DNA from: Desulfobacterales bacterium
Lineage (GTDB): Bacteria; Desulfobacterota; Desulfobacteria; Desulfobacterales; UBA5852
Reading direction: 5' to 3'
Length of the DNA stretch: 64,000 bases
NCBI GenBank assembly: GCA_963674755.2
Contig: CAXXVS010000002.1
Location: 1,472,001 to 1,536,000 of the forward strand
Part shown: positions 30,046 through 37,902 of the stretch, in pieces
Layout of the letters: each line of letters begins with the position of its first letter
Position numbering within the stretch: position 1 is the first letter of the stretch
Translations under genes and position numbers: made by a program
Notes under the pieces: model-generated
What the model was told of the DNA's origin: nothing
The model's input: the letters and a program-made list of their open reading frames with translations, nothing else
The model's database searches: none

Positions 30046-31644
30046 ATGCAAGCCACGCTCACGGTCGATGGTATCGACGTCCAGGCCCCGGTTCCCGAGG
30101 CTTTTTTGCGGGTGCTGACCCCCGAGGCCCTGCGCTTTGCCGGCGCCCTGGCCCGTGAATTTGAAGACCGGCGCCAATCCCTTCTCGAACGCCGCAAGAC
30201 GGTCCAGCAGGACATCGACAATGGTCGTCTGCCGGATTTTCTCCCGGAAACCCGCGCCATCCGGGAGGGCGACTGGAAAATCGCCCCCATTCCCGACGAC
30301 CTCCAGGACCGCCGCGTGGAAATCACCGGCCCGGTGGACCGTAAGATGGTCATCAACGCCCTCAACTCCGGGGCCAAGGCCTACATGGCCGACTTCGAAG
30401 ACTCCCACTGCCCCACCTGGACGGCAACCATCGAGGGCCAAATCAACCTCATGGATGCCGTGGACGGTACGATCGCCTTCGACAGCCCGGAAGGCAAGCA
30501 TTACGCCCTGAACGACCAAACCGCGGTCCTGCTCGTTCGTCCGCGAGGCTGGCACCTTCTGGAGAAACATGTCCTGGTGGACGGACGGCCCATCTCGGGC
30601 AGCCTTTTCGACTTTGCCCTTTACTTCTTTCACAATGCGGCCAAGCTGGTTGAAAAAGGCTCCGGCCCCTATTTCTACCTGCCCAAACTGGAAAGCCACC
30701 TGGAGGCCCGGCTGTGGAACGACGTCTTTGTCCGGGCCCAGGAATTACGCGGTATTCCCCAGGGCACGATCAAGGCCACGGTGCTGATCGAAACCATTCT
30801 GGCCGCTTTCGAAACCGAGGAAATTCTCTACGAGCTGCGCGACCACATGGCCGGTCTCAACTGCGGCCGCTGGGACTACATCTTCAGTTTCATCAAAAAG
30901 TTCAAGAACCTGCCGGAGTACATCTTCCCGGATCGCGCCCAGGTCACCATGACCCGCCACTGTATGCGCTCCTACTCCCTGCAGGTCATCAAAACCTGCC
31001 ACCGCCGCGGCGCCCATGCCATGGGGGGTATGGCCGCCCAGATTCCCATCAAGGACGATCCGCAACGCAACGCCGCCGCCCTGGCCAAAGTGCGCGAAGA
31101 CAAGGTCCGCGAAGCCACCGACGGCCACGACGGCACCTGGGTGGCCCATCCGGGCCTGGTGGCCATCGCCCTGGAAGAGTTCGACCGCCACATGCCCCAG
31201 GCCAACCAGATCGATCGGCTGCGGGAAGACGTCCAGGTGTCGGCCCGGGATCTGCTGCGCTGCCCGGAAGGGACCATCACCGAAGACGGGCTGCGCAACA
31301 ATGTCAGCGTCGGCCTCCAATACATGGCCAGCTGGCTGGGCGGCAACGGCTGCGTGCCCATCTACCATCTCATGGAAGACGCGGCCACGGCCGAAATTTC
31401 CCGCACCCAGCTCTGGCAGTGGGTGCATCATCCCAAGGGGGTGCTGGAAGACGGGCGCGACATCACGCTGGATCTCTTCCGGACCGTTCTCAAGGAAGAG
31501 CTCGCCGGGTTGCGCACCGCACTGGGCGAGGCGGCCTTTGCCCAGGGGCATTTCCAGGAGGCCGCCGACCTGCTGACCGCCATCATCAGCGACGCTACCC
31601 TGGACGAATTCTTGACGCTGCGGGCCTATGCGCAGCTGGACTGA
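30046..31644 (+). CDS. aceB: Malate synthase A
   Basis: DRRVEITGP, MADFEDS, VRPRGWHL, GLNCGRWDYIFS, GHDGTWVAHPGL, LMEDAATAEISR; AAGGAGG RBS. Confidence 0.97.
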   Translation: MQATLTVDGIDVQAPVPEAFLRVLTPEALRFAGALAREFEDRRQSLLERRKTVQQDIDNGRLPDFLPETRAIREGDWKIAPIPDDLQDRRVEITGPVDRKMVINALNSGAKAYMADFEDSHCPTWTATIEGQINLMDAVDGTIAFDSPEGKHYALNDQTAVLLVRPRGWHLLEKHVLVDGRPISGSLFDFALYFFHNAAKLVEKGSGPYFYLPKLESHLEARLWNDVFVRAQELRGIPQGTIKATVLIETILAAFETEEILYELRDHMAGLNCGRWDYIFSFIKKFKNLPEYIFPDRAQVTMTRHCMRSYSLQVIKTCHRRGAHAMGGMAAQIPIKDDPQRNAAALAKVREDKVREATDGHDGTWVAHPGLVAIALEEFDRHMPQANQIDRLREDVQVSARDLLRCPEGTITEDGLRNNVSVGLQYMASWLGGNGCVPIYHLMEDAATAEISRTQLWQWVHHPKGVLEDGRDITLDLFRTVLKEELAGLRTALGEAAFAQGHFQEAADLLTAIISDATLDEFLTLRAYAQLD

Positions 31645-31732
31645 TATGGTTAGAAGCCATCTCAACATTAGACGATAGCTTCTATCGTCACGACACGTCT
31701 ATCACCATGCCAATTCCGGGAGGAAAGCTACT

Positions 31733-33073
31733 ATGGCCAAAACCATCGCCCAACGCGCCCTTGAAATCGAAGAACGTCTGACCTGCCATATGGTGTTGCC
31801 GGATGAGATCGAAGAAGTGGAACAGGGCTGGCGGGATGATCCCCGCTGGAAGGGCGTTGTACGCCCTTACAGTGCCGAAGACATGCTCAAGCTGCGCGGC
31901 ACCCTGACCATCGACTACACCTTCGCCACCATCGGAGCCAAGCGCCTGTGGCAGTTGATCACCACCAAAGACTATGTCGCCGCGCTGGGGGCCCTCACCG
32001 GCAACCAGGCCGTGCAGCAGGTGGAAGCCGGGCTGCAGGCCATCTATCTCAGCGGCTGGCAGGTGGCGGCCGACGCCAACCTGGCCGGCGAGATGTATCC
32101 CGATCAGAGCCTCTACCCTGCTAACAGCGTACCGGCGGTGGTGCGCCGCATCAACAATGCCCTGCGGCGGGCGGACCAGATCCAGGTGCTGGACTGCCGG
32201 GGTGACGGTCCTTATTGGTTCGCCCCCATCGTGGCCGATGCCGAAGCCGGCTTCGGGGGACCTCTCAACGCCTATGAATTGATGAAACAGATGATCGATG
32301 CCGGTGCGGCTGGCGTTCACTTCGAAGACCAGCTGGCCTCGGCCAAGAAATGCGGCCATCTGGGCGGGAAAGTGTTGGTGCCCACCAGTGAGTTCATCAC
32401 CAAATTAGTGGCCGCCCGGTTGGCCGCCGATGTCTGCAATGTGCCCACCGTTCTCATTGCCCGCACGGACGCCGATGCCGCCACCCTGCTGACCAGCGAC
32501 ATCGATGAACGCGACCGGCCGTTTATCGTGGACGAATCCCGCACCAGCGAGGGATTCTACCGGGTCCGCAGCGGCGTGGAGGCCGCCATTGCAAGGGGGC
32601 TGGCCTATGCGCCCTACGCTGATCTGGTGTGGTGTGAAACGTCCCGCCCCGACATGGACCAGGCCAGGAAATTCGCCGAGGCCATCCACGCCGAATACCC
32701 GGACAAAATGCTGGCTTACAACTGCTCGCCCTCCTTCAACTGGAAGGCCCACCTGGACGATGCCGCCATCGCCCGCTTCCAGCGCGAATTGGGCGCCATG
32801 GGCTACAAGTTCCAGTTCGTGACCCTGGCCGGCTTTCACTCCCTTAACCTGGGCATGTTCAACCTGGCGCGCTCCTACAAGGACAACGGCATGCTGGCCT
32901 ACTCCAACTTCCAGCAGGACGAGTTCGAACAGGAAAAAGAGGGCGGCTACAGCGCCATCACCCACCAGCGTTTCGTGGGGGCCGGCTATTTCGACCGCCT
33001 GATGAACACGGTCACCGCCGGGCAGACCTCGGTCTCCGCCCTCAAGGGATCCACCGAAGAAGAGCAATTCTGA
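31733..33073 (+). CDS. aceA: Isocitrate lyase
   Basis: [23 protein letters not shown]...[30 protein letters not shown]-terminus. Confidence 0.98.
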   Translation: MAKTIAQRALEIEERLTCHMVLPDEIEEVEQGWRDDPRWKGVVRPYSAEDMLKLRGTLTIDYTFATIGAKRLWQLITTKDYVAALGALTGNQAVQQVEAGLQAIYLSGWQVAADANLAGEMYPDQSLYPANSVPAVVRRINNALRRADQIQVLDCRGDGPYWFAPIVADAEAGFGGPLNAYELMKQMIDAGAAGVHFEDQLASAKKCGHLGGKVLVPTSEFITKLVAARLAADVCNVPTVLIARTDADAATLLTSDIDERDRPFIVDESRTSEGFYRVRSGVEAAIARGLAYAPYADLVWCETSRPDMDQARKFAEAIHAEYPDKMLAYNCSPSFNWKAHLDDAAIARFQRELGAMGYKFQFVTLAGFHSLNLGMFNLARSYKDNGMLAYSNFQQDEFEQEKEGGYSAITHQRFVGAGYFDRLMNTVTAGQTSVSALKGSTEEEQF

Positions 33074-33119
33074 GCTGCAACCCGATAAACCCGTCTTCCC
33101 CGACGGGGTCCCCATGACC

Positions 33120-33150
33120 AACGGCCGATCCGCTTTGCGAATCGGCCGTT
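33120..33150 (+). terminator. Stem-loop downstream of aceA
   Basis: AACGGCCGATCCGC-TTT-GCGAATCGGCCGTT (one mismatch). Confidence 0.5.
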
Positions 33151-33281
33151 ATGTCGTGTATATTTTCTCCAGTCGCTCCATGCGCGGTGATCTGATGTCC
33201 CATGACCCCATCGAAACCCCGTTGAGTTCGCTGCCAAAATCTGCTATCTCCCCCGCGGTCCTTTTTCACCAACTGCTAGGG

Positions 33282-33426
33282 AGTGCCCATCCAGAGGTGG
33301 TAGATTTTGGTTCCGGGCAAGGCCGCAGCCGACTGGCACCCGCAGGCGTAGCCGGGCTACGCCGAGGACCGACAGGAGGCGAGAACGCCGCCAGGGGCCA
33401 AAAGATGCCACCGCTGGATGGGCACT
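33282..33426 (+). repeat. ~145-bp palindromic intergenic element, copy A (MITE/REP-like)
   Basis: Terminal inverted repeats AGTGCCCATCCAGAGGTGG... / ...CCACCGCTGGATGGGCACT, inner TTTTGG/CCAAAA, central hairpin GCGTAGC-CGG-GCTACGC. Confidence 0.85.
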
Positions 33427-33437
33427 AAGGAGTTGTC

Positions 33438-34583
33438 ATGACTGCCTTTGATTTCGACCGCCCCATCGACCGCCGCCATACGGCCAGCCTCAAATGGGAC
33501 AAATACGCCGGACGGGATGTTCTGCCCCTGTGGGTGGCCGATATGGACTTTGCCGTGCCGCCGGCAGTCATCGAGGCCCTGCACGAACGTCTCGCCCATC
33601 CCGTCCTGGGCTATACCCGCCCCCCGCAGAGCCTGGTGGAGACCGTGGTCCGGGTGCTGCGGCAGCAGTATGACTGGTCTATTGAACCGGAATGGATCGT
33701 ATGGCTGCCCGGGCTGGTCACCGGTCTCAATGTGGCCTGCCGTAGCGTGGGCCAGGATGGCGACGCGGTGGTGACCGCCACCCCGGTCTATCCGCCCTTT
33801 CTGAAAGCGCCCCTGTTGGCCCGCCGCAAGTTGATCACCGTGCCCCTGCGCCAGGACACGACCGGCTGGCATTGGGACCTGGAACGTCTGGAGGCCGGCC
33901 TGACGCCCCAAACCCGGCTGCTGCTGCTGTGCAGTCCCCACAATCCGGTGGGACGCGCGTTCCGCCGGGAGGAACTGCTGGAGCTGATCGCCATTTGCGA
34001 ACGTCACGATATCATCATCTGTTCGGATGAAATCCACGGCGATCTCATCCTGTCCCCGGATTGCCGGCACATCCCGACCGCCTCGGTCAGCCCCGCGGCC
34101 CATGAGCGCTGCATCACCCTCATGGCCCCCAGCAAGACCTTCAACATCCCAGGATTGGGCTGCGCATTCGCCGTCATCGGCAGCGCGCGCCTGCGCCGCC
34201 GGTTTCGCGAGGTCATGGCCGGCATCGTGCCCGATGTGAACCTGCTGGGCTACACGGCGGCCGAAGCCGCCTATCGTCACGGCTGGGACTGGCAGCGGAA
34301 CCTGCTGGACTACCTGCGGCAAAACCGCGACCTGGTTGTCCACGCGGTCGACCGCATGCCGCCCCTGCGGATCGATTCGCCGGAAGCCACCTACCTGGCC
34401 TGGATCGATGCCCGGGGGCTGACAGTGCCCGATCCGGCCGCCTTTTTCGAAACGGCCGGGGTCGGGCTGTCAGATGGGAAGGATTTTGGCGCGGAAGGGT
34501 TTTTGCGTCTCAATTTCGGTTGCCGGCGCGCCCTGCTGGAGGAGGCCCTGGCGCGCATGGGACAGGCGCTTGACCATCGTTAA
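33438..34583 (+). CDS. PatB/MalY-family PLP-dependent C-S lyase (cystathionine beta-lyase-like)
   Basis: SLKWD, LPLWVADMDF, CSPHNPVGR, SDEIHGDL, APSKTFNIPGL, EATYLAWID, FLRLNFGC. Confidence 0.92.
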   Translation: MTAFDFDRPIDRRHTASLKWDKYAGRDVLPLWVADMDFAVPPAVIEALHERLAHPVLGYTRPPQSLVETVVRVLRQQYDWSIEPEWIVWLPGLVTGLNVACRSVGQDGDAVVTATPVYPPFLKAPLLARRKLITVPLRQDTTGWHWDLERLEAGLTPQTRLLLLCSPHNPVGRAFRREELLELIAICERHDIIICSDEIHGDLILSPDCRHIPTASVSPAAHERCITLMAPSKTFNIPGLGCAFAVIGSARLRRRFREVMAGIVPDVNLLGYTAAEAAYRHGWDWQRNLLDYLRQNRDLVVHAVDRMPPLRIDSPEATYLAWIDARGLTVPDPAAFFETAGVGLSDGKDFGAEGFLRLNFGCRRALLEEALARMGQALDHR

Positions 34584-34601
34584 ACAACCCTTCCTCCGGC
34601 C

Positions 34602-35507
34602 TTAGGTGTCCAGGTCGTCTTCCTCGTCGACGTAGTTCCGTCGGCGTCGTTGGAGACGCACAAAACCCAACAGGGTTGCCAGGGCGGCCAAAAAGAAAAG
34701 AACCCAATAGATTTGGCCGGCCATGCGCGCCAGCCATGCCAGGGGGGAAGTCTGCTGCTCACGCCAGTCCGTTTCCAAGCGCGACAGTGAAATGCCGCTG
34801 ACCGCCCCCACACTCCCCTCTATCGACCCGCCCGCCGCCAGGTGGGCCAGCAAATCCTTGATGACACCCTCCCCGTAGCGCCTTGTCATGTAACCGATGA
34901 CGCTGCGGCTCTGTTCGTAGGCCAGCTGCAAGCCGAATGCATCCCCGGGGAAACGTTCCGCCAAAGCCGCCAGGGGTATCACCCGGTCTGCGGCGAGCGC
35001 TTCCCCCAGAAGCAGCTGCCCCTGTCCGGAAAGGACCTCCGAGAGTCCGTCACTGAGGTGTTGGGCAATCCCTTCGTCCAGCCAGCGGGGCAGACGTCCC
35101 GTCGGAATGTGGCGATGGAGGAGGAGGTGGGCGTATTCGTGTTTGAGCACCGGTCGTAGCGTGTCGGGCCGATGCTTGAAGCGCGAAAGATCCATCACGA
35201 CCTGCTGCTGTTCCGGCAAGGCAAAGGCCACAAAAGTCCGTTCGCCTCCCAGGCGATGGAAGTCATCCCTATGGACGACGGGGATCACGGTGGGGCGAAA
35301 ATCCACTTTCAACCCGGTAGCCGCTTCCAGCGCCTTGAAAAGTCCCGGGCTGAGGGTCGCAATACGTTCGGCGGCGGAATGGCTCCTTTCCGTATAGAGC
35401 ACGCGAACGGCGTCCGTCTCCAAGGCATACCGGTCCTCCGCCACCGCCTGGGCACCCGTCAGCGGCAGGAGCAAGAGGCCTGCGAGGAGGATCACGGTGG
35501 GTCGCAT
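34602..35507 (-). CDS. Exported, membrane-anchored peptidase MA-like zinc metallohydrolase
   Basis: Signal peptide; HEYAH (HExxH) followed by PRWLDEGIA; LAYEQS; C-terminal TM plus RRRRR. Confidence 0.8.
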   Translation of the reverse strand: MRPTVILLAGLLLLPLTGAQAVAEDRYALETDAVRVLYTERSHSAAERIATLSPGLFKALEAATGLKVDFRPTVIPVVHRDDFHRLGGERTFVAFALPEQQQVVMDLSRFKHRPDTLRPVLKHEYAHLLLHRHIPTGRLPRWLDEGIAQHLSDGLSEVLSGQGQLLLGEALAADRVIPLAALAERFPGDAFGLQLAYEQSRSVIGYMTRRYGEGVIKDLLAHLAAGGSIEGSVGAVSGISLSRLETDWREQQTSPLAWLARMAGQIYWVLFFLAALATLLGFVRLQRRRRNYVDEEDDLDT

Positions 35508-35739
35508 GGCATATCCATCTTCTGATTTTTTCAATGTTTACGACAAGGCGACAATCTCGTATACTTCGCACTGCAACGCTATATGAGGCGTGCCGGGAGG
35601 GCTTGTCAAGGCCGCCACGAGCCTCTGTCAAGCGGGTGGGCCCTCTACGGCCGTTCCCCCCGCAGAAACCGGAGGATGCGGAAAAATCGCCGCCGGCAAA
35701 AATGTTTTTGCAGCCGGCGCCAGATCAAGGGAGGGTGGT

Positions 35740-35946
35740 ATGGAAGCTGGCGACATCGTCAATTTGACCACGACCATACTGGCGCTGGCCGCCGTGATCG
35801 TCCTGTTTCGGATATTTCGGGGGGATCGGAGTGACAACAAGGGGGGGATGGCATTTGCGGTCGTGATCCTCGGCGGACTGGCCTATTTTATCCGTACCGA
35901 CATGGGCCGGCGGCTGGTGGACCACCTGTTTGCCATTCTGCAGTAA
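35740..35946 (+). CDS. Small two-TM membrane protein (68 aa)
   Basis: GGAGGG RBS before ATG 35740; two hydrophobic stretches. Confidence 0.65.
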   Translation: MEAGDIVNLTTTILALAAVIVLFRIFRGDRSDNKGGMAFAVVILGGLAYFIRTDMGRRLVDHLFAILQ

Positions 35947-35989
35947 GATGGAATGACCGCCGGGCGTCCTGGACATATCGGCGGCAACC

Positions 35990-36367
35990 TTATTTGAGGA
36001 TCTCGGAACGCCCTTCGAAGCGGGCGCCTTCGTGGATTTGGATCGATCGGGCCCGACAATCGCCGATCAGGATCCCCTGGGGTTCAATGGTGACGGTTTC
36101 ACGGGCCTCAATATTGGCGTTCACCCGGCCCTGAATCGTGATGTTGCGTGCCGCGATAACGGCTTCCACATTACCGCTGACGGCAATGCACACATCTCCC
36201 GCCGTCTGAAGGCGACCCTTGACCCGCCCCTCGATCACCAGGTTACCACGGCCTTCCAATTCCCCCTCGATACAAATGTCGCGGCTGATCACGGCACGGG
36301 GTTGACCGTCTTCGCGACCCGACGTTTCGGAAGGACTGCCCGACGGGGTTTGCTTTGCTGCCGTCAT
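35990..36367 (-). CDS. Bactofilin (polymer-forming cytoskeletal protein)
   Basis: I.GEL...GNLVIEGRVKG, I.GRVNANI.A, G.LIGD, IHEGARFEG beta-helix repeats; ATGA overlap with the upstream paralogue. Confidence 0.88.
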   Translation of the reverse strand: MTAAKQTPSGSPSETSGREDGQPRAVISRDICIEGELEGRGNLVIEGRVKGRLQTAGDVCIAVSGNVEAVIAARNITIQGRVNANIEARETVTIEPQGILIGDCRARSIQIHEGARFEGRSEILK

Positions 36368-36786
36368 TTTCCTTGCTCCCATCCCTTAACAGAAGCGTCG
36401 CGCGCCGGCATGGCAACCTCCCCGTTGAGCTGCGCTCCTGATTCCATATGCAAGCGCGGGGTTTGCACCTGTCCGTCGACCCGTGCGGTTTCTTCCAGGT
36501 GCACGCCGCGCGAGGATTCCAGACGACCCTCCAGGCACCCTCCGACGCGGATGTCTTCCGCACGGAAGAAGCCCTTCACCATAGCGGGCGAGTCGATAAT
36601 CAAAGGACCCTGAATTTCGAGTTCCCCCTCATAGGCACATTGGATAATCACGCGGCCTTTGCCGTAGATACGCCCTTTGACCTGCCATCCCGGCGACATG
36701 ACCGTTCGGTCGGCAGGCGTCGATCGACGATCCGCCTCGGTCTGTTTGGTGTTTTTCGAAACGTTTTTTTTCCGCCATTTCAGCAT
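36364..36786 (-). CDS. Bactofilin (second copy)
   Basis: TVMSPGWQVKGRI, V.G.LEG, ARVDGQVQTPRLHMESGAQLNG.V.M. Confidence 0.85.
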   Translation of the reverse strand: MLKWRKKNVSKNTKQTEADRRSTPADRTVMSPGWQVKGRIYGKGRVIIQCAYEGELEIQGPLIIDSPAMVKGFFRAEDIRVGGCLEGRLESSRGVHLEETARVDGQVQTPRLHMESGAQLNGEVAMPARDASVKGWEQGK

Positions 36787-37091
36787 CTGATCAACCCTCG
36801 GTTATTTGGCCATGGAACGCCGCTTGAGCGTTTCACGCCCATATCGCGAAGTTCGCTAAAGGTCAATCGCATATTCCCAAAAGCCGGCCAGTCCTAGCCA
36901 TTGGGCAAATGAGGCGAAATCGCGATCGGTCCGGCCGGTTGCGCAGACGACCGCTTAATCGCTTGAGTTTCCCACCAAGGTGTCTTAGTGTGGCTTTTCA
37001 GGTAAGATGGCCCGGATCGTGTAAACGGTCAGGGTCAAACGGTCATTGTCTTTTTATAGCGCAACCCCAGGGACTACAGGAGGCCTGCCAC

Positions 37092-37592
37092 ATGCCCGGC
37101 ACAACTACCGTCGATATTTTGAAGAGCGCGATTCTATTGGAGAAAAAAGGCCGGGCCTTTTACAGCCAGGTTGCCGAGCAGAGTTCGCATACCGCGGTCA
37201 AACGGTTTTTCGAACTGATGGCGGACGAAGAAGCCGAACATATCCGGATCCTCACCGAACAATTCCAATCCTATCAGGATACGAAACGGTTTATGCCGCT
37301 AGCCGCCCCCGGCACCAGCGCCGATATCGCCGGCAAGGTCTTGACCGGCGACCTGGTGGCGGCCATCGCAGCGGCCGACTATGAAGCGGCCGCCATTTCC
37401 GCGGCCATGGCATTGGAGAAGAATGCCGTCCGTCTTTATAGCGACCGTGCTGCCAGCGCCTCGGATTCCGAAGAAAAGGCCCTCTATGACTGGCTCAGCC
37501 GCTGGGAGCAGTCCCACCTGCAATTCCTTGCGGATATCGACCGGGAAATCACCGAACGCATTTGGAACGACAATCATTTCTGGTCGTTCTGA
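37092..37592 (+). CDS. Ferritin-like rubrerythrin-family diiron protein (no rubredoxin domain)
   Basis: AILLEKKG..FY, EEAEH, AMALEKNA..LY, WEQSH; AGGAGG RBS. Confidence 0.85.
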   Translation: MPGTTTVDILKSAILLEKKGRAFYSQVAEQSSHTAVKRFFELMADEEAEHIRILTEQFQSYQDTKRFMPLAAPGTSADIAGKVLTGDLVAAIAAADYEAAAISAAMALEKNAVRLYSDRAASASDSEEKALYDWLSRWEQSHLQFLADIDREITERIWNDNHFWSF

Positions 37593-37758
37593 TTCCATCG
37601 AAACGCACCGCTTCCGGGTTTTTTCCTGAAAACCATCCTGCCGGCCAGCCTTTCTTGCAAGGCCGGCCGGATCGGACCCCACCCCTCCTTAGGGCTTCGG
37701 CATCACCATCGTAAACCGGTGCCGAAGCGGTCGCCGCCGTCCCGGCACAGGCATTGAT

Positions 37759-37786
37759 TCAAGTCAATGCGCTGGCAGGCCGATAA
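37759..37786 (+). promoter_or_regulatory. Possible sigma28-type promoter for the hybrid kinase
   Basis: TCAAG(37759-37763)-15 nt-GCCGATAA(37779-37786); exact -10 box, variant -35, spacing one nt longer than at 11484. Confidence 0.5.
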
Positions 37787-37902
37787 GCATTCAATCGGTC
37801 CTGCCCGGCAGACAGCCAATGCCGCTTGCCAACCGCGCCGGACATATTCAGTTCCTTGAATCGGCCCAACCGCCGCCGGAGAAAAATTACGTGCCGATAG
37901 CG

